Position numbers and translations under genes: made by a program | Source: Octopus vulgaris | Taxonomy: Eukaryota | NCBI GenBank assembly: GCA_951406725.2 | Contig: OX597820.1 | Coordinates: 30,814,001-30,878,000 of the forward strand | DNA: 64,000 bases | Direction of reading: 5' to 3' | The notes under the pieces: generated by a model | Seen by the model: the letters and a program-made list of their open reading frames with translations, nothing else | What the model was told of the DNA's origin: nothing | Database searches by the model: none | In this document: piece after piece, positions 50,857 through 63,364 of the stretch | Numbering within the stretch: position 1 is the first letter of the stretch | Layout: every line of letters begins with the position of its first letter

Positions 50857-51076
50857 CCCTTTAGCATTTAAACCGACCATATCCAGCCTGAATGTTTTAC
50901 CAGCTTTACATTCAGACTGGCTAGATCTGGCCTGTCACACCTACTCTGCAATGTCATTCTAAAAATAAGCAATTACATCATCAAAATCTCAAAGCTATGA
51001 GATAATGCATAATTAATTCAAAAGAATGTGAATAAATAAGCAGTACATGTGGTAGATTAATCTGAATGCTAAAGGG
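50857..51076. mobile_element. Short TTAA MITE
   Basis: TTAA TSD; TIR CCCTTTAGCATT / AATGCTAAAGGG. Confidence 0.87.
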
Positions 51077-51461
51077 TTAAAACAGAATTTTTATCATAGA
51101 ATCAGGAATAGGCTCAGACAGGTTAGCATCAAAAAGGTTTAAGCAAATTATGATGACTATAATGATGAAAATTACATGGTATGTTAATCTTCCAAGTAAT
51201 ATGATATACAAAAGGCCAAACTTAAAATTGAACAATTGCCATCCAATTCTCACTACAAGTGGCACGGAATGGCTGCTATAGCAAAACCTGTTACACAACA
51301 ATACCACTCCATACATTGTCGTCCATCCCTACAGTTAATATCTGAAGGCAACTAACAGCCGGTAATGTGAAATTGGACCGTATCATAATTATATTAATAA
51401 CAAGACCCACTATCACTCCCTCTTATGTAAGTACAACATCAGTGAGGAAGTATATAAAATG

Positions 51462-51818
51462 ATCTCTTTTACTCTTTTACTTGTTTCAGTCATTTGACAG
51501 CAGCCATGCTGGAGCACCGCCTTTAGTCGAGCAAATCGACCCTGGGACTTATTCTTTGTAAGCCCAGTACTTATTCTATCGGTCTCTTTTGCCGAACTGC
51601 TAAGTGACGGGGATGTAAACACACCAGCATCGGTTGTCAAGCAATGCTACGGGGACAGAGACAGACACACAAACACACACATATACGATAGGCTTCTTTC
51701 AGTTTCCGTCTACCAAATCCACTCACAAGGCATTGGTCGGCCCGGGGCTATAGCAGAAGACACTTGCTCAAGATGCCACGCAGTGGGACTGAACCCGGAA
51801 CCATGTGGTTGGTTAGCA
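51462..51818 (-). mobile_element. SINE family A copy
   Basis: Reverse complement of the family A body and tail. Confidence 0.87.
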
Positions 51819-52879
51819 AAAAAGTATAACCCAAATTTCCTACAAGCTGCACCATATTAAAAACTGAAAGATACTCAACGGACATAATGAAGTTCCAAAA
51901 ATGGCAATATCTGGAATGCCTTTTATCAGGTCTGCTACATCAGAACTGAACTAGGACTAAACAACAATAACAATAACAACAACAATCACAACTCAATAAT
52001 GTACTACCACCTGCTTCTCTTAAAACTGTTATAATACTTCTCATGTGTCCATACCACCAAAACCTATCTACTTCTTCAGATACTATATATGTATATATTA
52101 CATCACCATACTAACCAGGCTTAGCTCTACTCATGCTACTTTCAGGCCATTCGATACAAGTTCCGGACACCACGTGGGGGATAAAATAATTTCTTTATAA
52201 AGAACAAGGCCTATTTGTTGGAAATGCACACGTGAATAGAAGAGAAGGAGGGTTAGAATTCACAATGAAATTTTATTCATCAGCAGATAAAATGTATCTT
52301 TTTTTGGCAAGCAAATTGCATTCCGGATGTGACATGCAAAAGTCTATTTTTTGATACTGAGCATATTTCAAAGTAAAGTTCCCTGAAAATATTGCTCTCC
52401 AGACACTGGTTTAAACTAAAAACAAATGCTACATTTGTAAAAAATGAAATTGTGAAAGTATACAAACTCAAACTGTAATTTGAACTATCATTGGCCATAA
52501 TTCCTCACGGCATAGTGTTCTGGATATAACACTGAACAAAAAATGTGAAAGATGCCCTGATATTCTTAACCATTAGCATTTAAACTGGCCCAAATATTCT
52601 ACTTGTTTTATGTTGAAACTGGTTGGATCCAGCCTCTTACGCCTACCCTACAATGTCATTCTAAAAATAAACAATCACATCTTCAAAATGTTGAAGCTAC
52701 AAGATACTTCATGATTAATTTTTTTAAATGCTAATAAATAAGCATTACATTTGATGAATTAATATGAATGCTAAAAGTTTTCTCTAATTTGTCCAGTTGA
52801 CATGAAAATATAACACAGAATGTTAATCACAACAAATTTGATTTAAATAAACATCAAAATAAAGTTATCAAATTTAACC

Positions 52880-53670
52880 TACAGCATAATGTAAGTCTAA
52901 AGTTACTAGTAAAACTTAAAGCTTCCATGATGTGTCATATCAGGGAAAGATAAAAGTTCAACTATTTGATCTTCAGGTATCCATGATTTGTTCATGGTGT
53001 AAATATTTCCATCTGGTATTTGTTTTAAAAATACAAATAGGTTCCCTCCCAGATCATTCTTTTCACATATTGCTGATAGCAGTTTGGTCTTTGTACTGCC
53101 CTTTCCACAATCAAATGTGTGCTTTACCGAACAGGACTTACCACACTCTGATTTGATACAACCATTTTGAACTATATGTGTATGACATAGACAAGAAAAT
53201 GACAATAAATTCCCAACAATAGTTCCATTATCTACTTCAATTTGATGAAACTGTTTTGTTCCTCATAATGGTCTTGAAAGGGTTGCCATTCCTTTCTTCA
53301 AAAAACTTAAGTTGGTTCGAATTTGCTCTGACAGACAAGCAACAATAAACGATAAAAACTTCATTTTTGCGACAACAATGAATTCATTCAGATTTGTAAC
53401 AACGACCTTCATCTGCAAGGTTTTCCAGCAGACAGCATTTTTCACATCACCCATTCCATCATTCTCCCCTTTCCCATGTGATGTAGCCAAAAAATCCCAG
53501 TCAGCTGAAACACCATGATCTCTTTGATGAAATAATAAATTTGTAAATGTATACTGGTTTTTGAATTGGCTGGTAGGTTCATCTGGCCAGTAATATACCT
53601 TATCAATAACAATCCTTTTACTGCTCAGATCATTGTAGAAAAAGATGCTATCACTCACCATGTCCTAAAT
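52880..53670 (-). pseudogene. Decayed DDE transposase, Sola-like
   Basis: YYWPDEPTSQFKNQY...WDFLATSHGKGENDGMGDVK motif, with frameshifts. Superfamily assigned from remembered motifs. Confidence 0.6.
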
Positions 53671-54719
53671 CACTCAAAGTAAGAAAATAAGATATGACAA
53701 TAAGATATTTTCCTTTAAAAATTGTAATAACTTGAAAATCATAAAAGTTAATCTGTGTGACACCCAGAATGTTCTGGACATAACCAAATTCACTTGGAAA
53801 CTAGAAATTGAAAGATTAAGTATGACAAATGAAAGGCTTCTGTGGGTTACAATTTATCATGTCATTATTACTGAAAAGTGGAAGGTAGGAAGATTCTACT
53901 AAATTGGTAGAGATTCTTTTGGTGAAGGACCAGAAGAGTCAGCAGCAGTTTGGGAAGTAGGAAAGCTGTGCCATAAACAATGGTATTTTTTAACTTTCAG
54001 ACAACAACCTTGCAAGAATTTCGGTAATTAATAAAAAAACTGTTAACAGAGGCTGGGAATTTTTTAATAAGCATTAATAAGCTAAAACTGCTATATAGTA
54101 CAGCCATGAGTGAATCATTTAAAGAGATTTGGGGCCCATGTACTTTTGATGTTCGAGAAATGTGGAAGGATTTCAGTCATCAACAGAACTAGTGCTAGAC
54201 TGATGGGGCTTCAACCAATCAGCTAACATGAAGAGCCAAAGGGTTTGCAAAGTGGGTGTTGCATACATAGCATGCTTACTTGGTAGCTATGATTAGGAGT
54301 GGCTGGATGATCTTACAGGGGCAGTGATGATGATGGTTCTGTAGAGGATGGGTTTATTGGGTAGGGTATGTGTGTCAGTCAGGAAATCACACAAAGCTAA
54401 GGGGTGTTACAAGTTGAAAATAGCAAAAAAAAAATTATGCTTTTATATCTATATGGGTGTGGGACATGTGTGAAAGCCATGAGTTCTATAGCACTGAAAT
54501 TATAGAGGATGATGACTTCAGAAGGGGTGAAATGAGGTAGTTGCCCTTGAGTGACAGGAGATAATTAAAAGGATATTGATAATTAGAGGAGTTCAAGGAG
54601 TGGTAGCAAGAGAGACCTTGAACAAGAACTTAACCCTTTAGAATTCAGATTACTCTGTCAAATGTAATACTTATCTATTCATATATTATCTCATAGCTTT
54701 GAAATTTTGATAATGTGGG

Positions 54720-54985
54720 GTTTTTTTTCTCTCTCTAGTTTCAGCTCAGAGCTGCGGCCATGCTGATGCACCACCATTTTGCTACACTCTTATTACTAAG
54801 AGCCTCTTCTAATATGTGGCACTTGGTGAAGAATGGAGTTTGATATAGCTACCCTCATTTGCACCTCTTGCCGTGAGGTAGGTTCATCTGGGACTCTTGA
54901 CAGGAAGAGGTCCAGCTTTGATTTAAAAACCCCTACATCTACTTTGTGCAGGTTCCTCAGACTCTTTGGGAGAATATTAAAAAGC
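54720..54985 (-). mobile_element. LINE 3' end (CR1/L2-group-like) inserted in a TTAA MITE
   Basis: LFNILPKSLRNLHKVDVGVFKSKLDLFLSRVPDEP...SNSILHQ-type ORF2 C-terminus, then a short 3' UTR; it splits the MITE at 54634-55104. Confidence 0.78.
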
Positions 54986-56297
54986 TGGTTGTATATTTTT
55001 AGAATGATATTGTAGGGTAGGTTCAAGAGGCCAGATCTTGGTGGTTTGAACATAAAACAGGTAGAATATTTATGCTGGATATGGCCAGTCTAAGTGCTGA
55101 AGGGTTAAAGCTTTGTTACAGTGTAGTGAGTAGTGGAAAGAACAGATCTAATATATTGAAAAGAAACTTCTGATGAGAGTGAAACTCTGATATATAGAGT
55201 GTGCAGAGAAGACACATTTCTTTCAGTAAGGAAAAGAAAAATTAACCCCGCTACCCCTCTGCTATTCATTTATCTCTTGACATTGTGAAGAAACTAATAG
55301 AAGAAAGAGAGAGACAGAAATAATGAGGAAGAATGAAATGAAAAAGAAAAAAAAGAAAAAGAAAATTTCAAAAGCTAACAATAAAATGAAGACAGACTGC
55401 ACCAGCCACCACCAGGCAGTTTACTGTAGTCTGCCTGTGTGTCTGGCTATCAGCTGAGAGACATGATATATACCAATATGTACCTAACCCACCAAGGCAC
55501 CTACCCATAATATGTTCATGGTAGGGGTGAGAGTAAGTGATCAAATGAGAGTGAGAGAGAGAGAGAAAATTAGTGATGAGAGAGAGAAGTGTAATAACAC
55601 AAACAGGTACAGATTAATTGCACTGGCCAGCTGATAAAATTACTTAGGTGCTTTCTCTCCAACCTCTGGTTTATTTTATATTCTTACATGTCAGAAAAAA
55701 TATAGGATGGAGATCAGAAGAAAGAGGAAGGAGAGGACAAAATAAAAAAAAAAAAGAAAACGACAAAAAATTTACAGATGTGAAGAAAAAGAAAATGAAA
55801 CTAAAAAAACAAACAAAAACTAATGCTGCCCATCCTATGGCAAAAAATTAAATTCGTCACTCCTGCGGCATAAATGATCAAACATATTTTGAAGTTGTTG
55901 AAGTAGATTCCTAGAATTATCATCCATCTACTCAAGAGGTTCTCATAATCTAGGTGCTTCAGAGGTACATATATGAAATACTACTCACTCTCCATCACAC
56001 CTACACAAGCCTAAACAAAGCCAACAAAGGCTGTACATGACTGCTTGACCCACTAGAAAGAGTAAAACAGTAGCCAAGATCTCTATCTCTTCTCATATTA
56101 CATCTTACCATCTCAAGAAGTGAGAACACATAAGATAGTGCCAATCTAAATACAGAATGCTCTGGAGAAAGGCATGACGATCATGGCCAGAATACTTTTG
56201 ATCATACATTAGATCAGTTAAGGGTGACCTAGTGCTAAATAACAAAACAACAATAATATATATATAATAATGCCGATATAACAACCAAATGTTTTAA

Positions 56298-56512
56298 CCC
56301 TTTTGATACCAACCCAGCTGAAACTGGCTCTGTAGTACAAATGTGTTGTTTTCATAAATTTTGAATTAAAATCTTCCACCAAACCTTAGTCACAATTTAT
56401 GTTCCTAACACAAGTTGAACAATAACTAAGTTATTTTACTACATTCTTTGTTATATTTAAAGTAATTGAAAGAAACACAGAGCATCTCAAAATAATTACA
56501 GTAACAAAAGGG
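56298..56512. mobile_element. TTAA MITE, second subfamily
   Basis: TTAA-CCCTTTTGATAC...GTAACAAAAGGG-TTAA; related element at 42879-43309. Confidence 0.8.
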
Positions 56513-56969
56513 TTAAGCCCAAATATTAAATTTTTAACATAGGCACAAGGGCTCAATTTGTGTTGGGGTATTAGCTACAATGATAACAACAACCCAGTAC
56601 TAGATTGGTACTTCCTGACCTAGGATAGATTAAAGGCAAAAACTAACCCTGGTGGAAATTGAACTCAGAACATAAGTAATTGTAAATACAGAAAGACATT
56701 CTGTTTTCTACTAATAAATATTGAAATAGCAGGCATGGCTGTGCAGTAAGTTTGCTTCTCAGCACATGGTTTAGGATTCAGCCCCACTGTGTGGTACACG
56801 GAACAAGTGTCTTTTACTACAGCCCCAGCCAACCAACCAAAACCTTGAGTCAATTTGGTAGATAGAAACTGAAAGAAGCTTGTCATTGTGAGTACAGCTT
56901 ATGATGTCATCATTGAGAAGTGGAAACTAGGAGAATTCTGCTAAATTGGAAGAGATTTTGTGTATATAG

Positions 56970-57268
56970 GAAGCTTGCTTCCCAACCACATGATTCTAGG
57001 TTCAGTTCCACTGTGTGGCACCTTGTGTAGGTGTCTACTATAACCTCAAGCCAACCAAAGCCTTGTGAGTGGATTTGGTAGATGGAAATTGAAAGAAGCC
57101 CATTGTGTATGTATGTGTGTGTGTGTTTACGTCCTCGTAACTTAGCAGTTCAGCAAAAGAGACTGATAGAATAAGTACTAGGCTTAAGAATAAGTGCTGG
57201 AGTTGATTTGTTCGACTAAAGGTGGTGCTCCAGCATGGCCGCAGTCAATTGACTGAAACAATAAAAAG
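56970..57268 (+). mobile_element. SINE family A copy
   Basis: B-box region, body and tail present; internal deletion. Confidence 0.8.
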
Positions 57269-58119
57269 AATGTGTGTGTGTGTGTACATATGTTTGTACA
57301 TGCTTGGGTGAGTGTGCATATGTGTATTGCTGTCTCCTTGCTTTGATTTCACGTGATAAGTGCAAATGAGTGTTACTAACATACATGTGGTGTCCACTTC
57401 CTATCTTCCATGTAAACATGTATAGTCACGTTTACCATACTTGGAAACAGGTGAAGACTGGTGACAGGATGAGCATCCAGACACCGAAAAATCTGCCTCA
57501 ATGAATTCCATCTGGCCCATGTAAGCATGGAAAAGGGAACATCAAAAGGATGATGAGGATGAAATAAGATAGTCACTTACACTGGAATCCACTATGCCTC
57601 CAGTCTAAGAATAACTTTATATCTTAGTGCCTGCTTCACCTTCCTGCTACTTATTTAACGGTAACATGTGGAAGTGGCTCTCCAGCAGATGCTTACCATC
57701 AGACATGACAGGGATCTGCTTTGTATCATTTCAGGAAGCTGGCATGCCACATCCATAGTCACTAACTTCTATTTGAACTGCTTAGAGTAGTGTTTTTCAG
57801 CCATTTTTCCTCTATGGATCCCTTTGATTCCTATTTTACTCAGATGATCCCTGCCTAGCTATTTCATGTTTAAAATAATCATATATTTTTATAGTATTAG
57901 GGTTGGCGTCAGGAAGGGCATCCATAGAAACCATGCCAAAACAGACATGGAAGCTGAACACCCCTTCAGCTGGTCAGCTCCTGTCAAACCGTCCAACCCA
58001 TGCCAACACGGAAAACAGATGTTAAACGACGACGACGATGATGGTGATTAAGAATTGTATAAAAAAAAATTGTTAAAATGTTTTATGTATTGTAGAAGTA
58101 TAACCAATTTATTCTCTCT

Positions 58120-58497
58120 CTCTTTTACTTGCTTCAGTCATTTGACTGCAGCTATGCGGGAGCACTGCCTTTAGTCGAGGAAATCGACCCCAGGACTTAT
58201 TCTTTGTAAGCCTAGTACTTATTTTATCGGTCCCTTTAGCAGAACCGCTAAGTTATGGGGACGTAAACACTCCAGCATCGGTTGTCAAGCAATGTTGGAG
58301 GGACAAACACAGACACAGAAACATATACACACATACGACGGGCTTCTTTCAGTTTCTGTCTACCAAATCCACTCACAAGGCTTGGTCGGCCCGAGGCTAT
58401 AGTAGAAGACACTTGCCCAAGGTGCCACGCAGTGGGACTGAACCCAGAACCATGTGGTTCGTTAGCAAGTTACTTACCACACAGCCACTCTTACGCC
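58120..58497 (-). mobile_element. SINE family A copy nested in a hAT-type MITE
   Basis: Reverse complement of family A, lying inside 57788-58555. Confidence 0.85.
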
Positions 58498-58908
58498 TTA
58501 TTGCAGATAAATTTTAAGAACAAAATCCTATATGGACCCTGGTTGAGAACCAATGGATCAGAGAGATCAAAGTGGTAATAAGCAGCTATGAATTGTGATT
58601 TCTTCTTGTTTTACCCCTCTGGTCTGAAAGTCTTTGCAGTGGTCATAAGCGTTGACCTTTCTCCTTTTATCCTTTTGATACTAACCAGTCTGAGACCACT
58701 CCTGGTTGTAAGATAGCACCTTACTGCTAGCTTACCCATTAGCATTTAAACTAGCCATATCGAATCAAAATATTCTACCTGTTCTAAGTTAAAACTGACC
58801 AAATCCAACCTCTCACACCTACCCTACAATGTCATTCTAAAAATATACAATCACATCATCACAATACTGAAACTACAGGATAATGCCTGATAAATTCAAG
58901 ACAATGTG

Positions 58909-59252
58909 AACAAGAGCACTCAGAGAGCACAAACCTCAGCCAAGGCAACATCAACGTCCTCTCAACAATTAGCTAGAGATAATTTTTACAATGAGAATAT
59001 CTGAAATAAACTTGACTGCTCTCACAAACAAGAATACTAAAAATGAACCCGACCGCTCTCAAAAATTAAGTAAATAAACCGGAAAAATAATCCAGAATGA
59101 TCCCAAAATCTAATCACTTTGTGCCAGTCTCGAGGCCAAACATCCCTGAAAGTTTCATCTGAATCCGTCCAGCGGTTCTTGAAAAATCTTGTCCATGGAC
59201 AAACAAACACAACTGAAAACAATACCTCTGTCTTCGCTAGGGCAGAGGTAAT
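58909..59252 (+). mobile_element. Helentron-associated (HINE/DINE-1-like) element inserted in a TTAA MITE
   Basis: 5' aacaagagcactcagagagc..aaacctcagccaaggc; internal aaagtttcat..gaatccg and (caaa)n; 3' palindrome tacctctgtctt..ggcagaggta. Confidence 0.65.
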
Positions 59253-60555
59253 AAATTGGACAAAGAAATCTGAATGCTAAAGGATTAAAGTGAACTAAAT
59301 TAAAACTTTCCAATCAAAATTCACTACATTATCGTGTATATTGAAAAATTTGGCAATAAAAGGGTTCACTGTGGCATTACAAAAAGAAAGAAAAAAAAGG
59401 AAAAAAAGAAAAATCCTGTTAACATTTGCTGTTGCTTATCCCTAGTCCAGCCATTACCTGGCAAAGGCAGTGAGCTGGCAGAATCATTAGCATGCCAGGC
59501 AAAATGCTCAGGGGCATTTTGTCCATCTTTACATTCTGAGTTCAAATTCCACCAAGGTTGACTTTGCATTTCATCCCTTCAGGGTAGATAAAATATGTAC
59601 TGGCTGAGCACTGGGGTCAATGTAAACAACTTTATCCCCCCCCCCCCCCGCCTAAAAAAAAAACTTGCTGGCTTTGTGCCAAAATTTGAAACCCTTATCC
59701 TGCAAATGTCTCAATCACAGATACACTTTCTACACTGTTAACATACAGAATATTTTCAACCAGTAGATGCCACCCATCACCACGGGGGAGATTCTTAATA
59801 GGATTAACTCAATATGTATGCAAGCAGTGATGGTGATAGCGATGGTATGATTCACTACTATGAGAAGTCATAATTATTCATTACACTATTGCAGACTTCA
59901 AATCCTCTAACAAACCTAGAAAAAAGATTATAATTCCACTCTGATATTTATAGTAGCTCTGACCTAGAATCTTTGGCTATATTTGACATTTCTTGCAATT
60001 TGATCAGGATCCTAGATCTGATAACAGACACCATGAAATGGATACTATAAAACACCTGCTAATCTGTTTCTCTATCACACATTAAATTAAATCTAATGTA
60101 GAGTCAATTCAATTAGAAACCATTGACAGATTTTCTGCTACATTTGCTTTTGTATCTTGCTTTGGTGGAACATTTACCAACCTTTTCTTACTGAATCATA
60201 TAGATTCTTTGGAAACAGCTATAGTAACAGCGGATATTATGACTGTTGATATCCCATGGTTCTGAGTGAAACAGTGATATGATGTTTACATTTCTTGCTG
60301 ACATTATGACTGGTTATCCTTCACTTCTGAAGACCTGTGGAATAAATCTGATCTCTTATTTGTGCCACATTAAAAACACTCATGTTGGCATCACATAAAG
60401 AGCAATTGTGCTAACACCACGTAAAAAGCATCCAGCCATAGAAGCCACGTCAAACAAGATAAATGGAGCCTGGGCAGTTCCTGTCAAACTGTCCAACCCA
60501 TGCCAGCATGGAAAACAGACATATGATGATGAAGTAAGAGCATCTGGCCAGTGCA

Positions 60556-61355
60556 GGATGGCTGTGTGGTAAGTAGCTTGCTTATCAACCATATGGTTCC
60601 AGGTTCAGCCCAACTGTATGGCACCTTGGGCAAGTGTCTTCTACTATAGCCTCGGGTCAACCAAAGCCTTGTCAGTAGATTGTTGTATATATGTATATGT
60701 GTGTGTGTGTGTGTCCATCCGTCCCATCATCACTTCACAACCGATGTTGGTATGTTTACGTCCCCCATAACTTCGCGGTTTGGCAAAAGACACCAATAGA
60801 ATAAGTACTAAGCTTACAAAGAATAAGTCTTGGAGTCAATTTATTCGACTAAAGGCAGTACTCCAGCTTGGCCACAGTCAAATGACTGAAACAAACAAAA
60901 GAATATATATATATATATTATTGTATCTGGGGAGAGTCATTAACTTTTAATGATATATAATGTCCAATACTATGTATGAAGAAAATCATATCTTTATTTT
61001 AGATTACAGCTTAAAAATCCAACAATTGTTTCAATTGCACTCGTTTACTTGGTTCAGTCATTTGATTGTGGCCATGCTGGAGCACCATCTTTAGTCAAAC
61101 AAATCGACCTCAGAACTTATTCTTTGTAAGCCTAGTACTTATTCTATCAATCTTTTTTGCTGAACTGCTAAGTTGCAGGGACGTAAACACACCAATATTG
61201 GTTGTCAAACAATGGTGTGGGGACAAACACACACACACATATATATATATATGCAATGGGCTTCTTTCAGTTTCTGTCTACCAAATCCACTCACAAGGCT
61301 TTGGTCGGCCCGAGGCTATAGTAGAAGACACTTGCCCAAGGTGCTATGCAGTGGT
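60556..61355. mobile_element. Inverted (tail-to-tail) pair of SINE A copies
   Basis: Plus copy 60556-60903 and minus copy 61045-61355. Confidence 0.82.
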
Positions 61356-61849
61356 GATCAACCATCAACATGGGTTTACTTTATAAACTTTATATAAACT
61401 GAGTCATAAAACACTGTGTTTGTCTCTCAGATTGAATCAGTTATAACCTGCCGTTTGAATTCCTGATCAGAAAAACACCACCTCACTTCTACCTGCCAAC
61501 CACTTTCTTTGACACAAAGGGAAAAAAAAAAGAGAAAAAATTGGAAATGAAAAAAGATTATGTTGAGGTTTCACACTCCTATTTCACAAAAGAAAAAAAA
61601 GAGAAAAAATAGTATGTGTCACCATACACTTACTGTAAGATATTTTAAAGTGCTTCATTAGTGGAAAATGTATAATTCTGTGCAAGTAATTATAATAATT
61701 CTTTCTACTAAAGCCACAAGGACTGAAATTTTGGGGAAGGGGACTAGTCTGTTACATCAACCCTAGTATTTCTCTGGTACTTAATTTATCAACCCCCAAA
61801 AGAATGAAGGGCAAAGTCAACCTTGGTAGAATATAATAATAATCTGCTG

Positions 61850-62185
61850 AGACCCCCTTCGGTCATGACTGACTATGGGATTGCACCTGGAAAGTTACCA
61901 TCCTAGGAACAAGTCCGGGCAAATTTGTTTATGGAAGACCAGTAGTCGCTCATGCATACCAGCCTCCCCTCTCCATGCCACCGATGTTATCCAAGGGATA
62001 GGCAAGGGCTGATACAGCTTCACACCTGTGACGTCACAACTCATTTCTACAGCTGAGTGAACTGGAGCAATGTGAAATAAAGTGTCTTGCTCAAGAACAC
62101 AACACGTAGCCCGGTCAGGGATTCGAACTCACAACTTCATGATTGTAAGCTCGACGCTCTAACCACTGAGCCATGCACCTTCACA
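61850..62185 (-). mobile_element. tRNA-derived SINE with CORE-like central domain
   Basis: Minus-strand head TGGCTCAGTGGTTAGAGCG...GAGTTCGAATCCC, then cttgagcaagacactttatttcacattgctccagttcactcagctgtagaaatgag. Related pieces at 11750-11915, 17540-17825 and 42425-42660. Confidence 0.8.
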
Positions 62186-62189
62186 TAAT

Positions 62190-63085
62190 AATAATAATAA
62201 TAATAATTGTTTCTGATTTAAACACAACAATTTTGAAGCTAAGAGGTTAGTTAATTACACTGACCCCAGTACTAGACTGGTTAGTTTATTGACCCCAAAA
62301 GGATGAAAAGCAAAGTTGACCTTGGTGGGATTTGAACTAGAACAAATACTAGAAAGTATTTTGTCCAAATGGTCTGACAATTTTGCTATTCCGCTGCCCG
62401 TAATTCTTTTCTAATTTAATCTTAAGAGAAGGAGGACTAGTTTTATTACACAGTCCCTGGCATTTTATTGATTCTGAAAGGGTGAATGTTGACCTCATCA
62501 GGATTTGAACCCAGAATAAATAACACAAAGCATTTTGTCTGATGCTCTAATGATGATTAAAAGTTTTAATTCAAGCAGATGACTAGCAATTTTGAGGGAC
62601 AGTGGAGTCAATTATATTGCCCCTACCCCTGCCCCACCTACTGCTCAACTGATACTTATTTATCAACCACCAAAGCAGGAAAAGCAAATCAACCATGTCA
62701 GAGTTTGAACTCAGAATTTAAAGAGTTGGAAGATATGCCACTAAACATTTTGTCCAATGTGCTAATAGCTCTGCCAGCAATAATAACAACAATGATCCTT
62801 TGTATTATAGACACAAGGGCTGAAATTCGGGGGGGGGGGTAGTAGATTACATTGACCTCAGTGCTTGATGGGTACTTATTTCATCAATCCCAAAAGGGTG
62901 AATGGAAAAGTCAACATTTGAACTCACAACACCATAGGTTGCTATGAATTTTGTCCAGCATGCTAATGATTCTACAAGCTCGCCACTTTAATAACAACAA
63001 CAACAATAATAATGGTTTTAAATTTTGCCACAAGGGTAGCCATTTTGAGAGAGAGGACTAGTTGAATTGACCTCAGCAGAATTTA
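62190..63085 (-). mobile_element. Tandem cluster of decayed SINE family B copies in a (TAA)n array
   Basis: At least four minus-strand copies (ccccagt...ggatgaaa...gttgacct...gatttgaac) separated by TAA/CAA repeats. Confidence 0.75.
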
Positions 63086-63099
63086 AATAATAATAATAA

Positions 63100-63328
63100 T
63101 AGGAAATAGGAAGAATTTGGAGCATGTGAATAGTAAAGGTCGTGTCTATAATACTTGGTGTGTTGGGAACAGTAAGCAAAGATATAGACAAATGGCTGAA
63201 GGATTATCAGGAGGGCTGTAGCACTTGAAAGTCTGCTGAAAACTTGTGGATACCTAAGGTTATAGGTAGTAGCCCGCTACCCGCATAAATCCAACCAGGA
63301 ATAAGACCGAAGCTGAGCCAAAGCGAAA
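63100..63328 (+). mobile_element. R4/Dong-like non-LTR retrotransposon 3' fragment in (TAA)n
   Basis: EIGRIWSM*IVKVVSIILGVLGTVSKDIDKWLK resembles the end of a restriction-like endonuclease domain; flanked by TAA repeats. Confidence 0.6.
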
Positions 63329-63364
63329 TAATAACAATAGTTTCAAACTGGCAGCAAACTGGCT

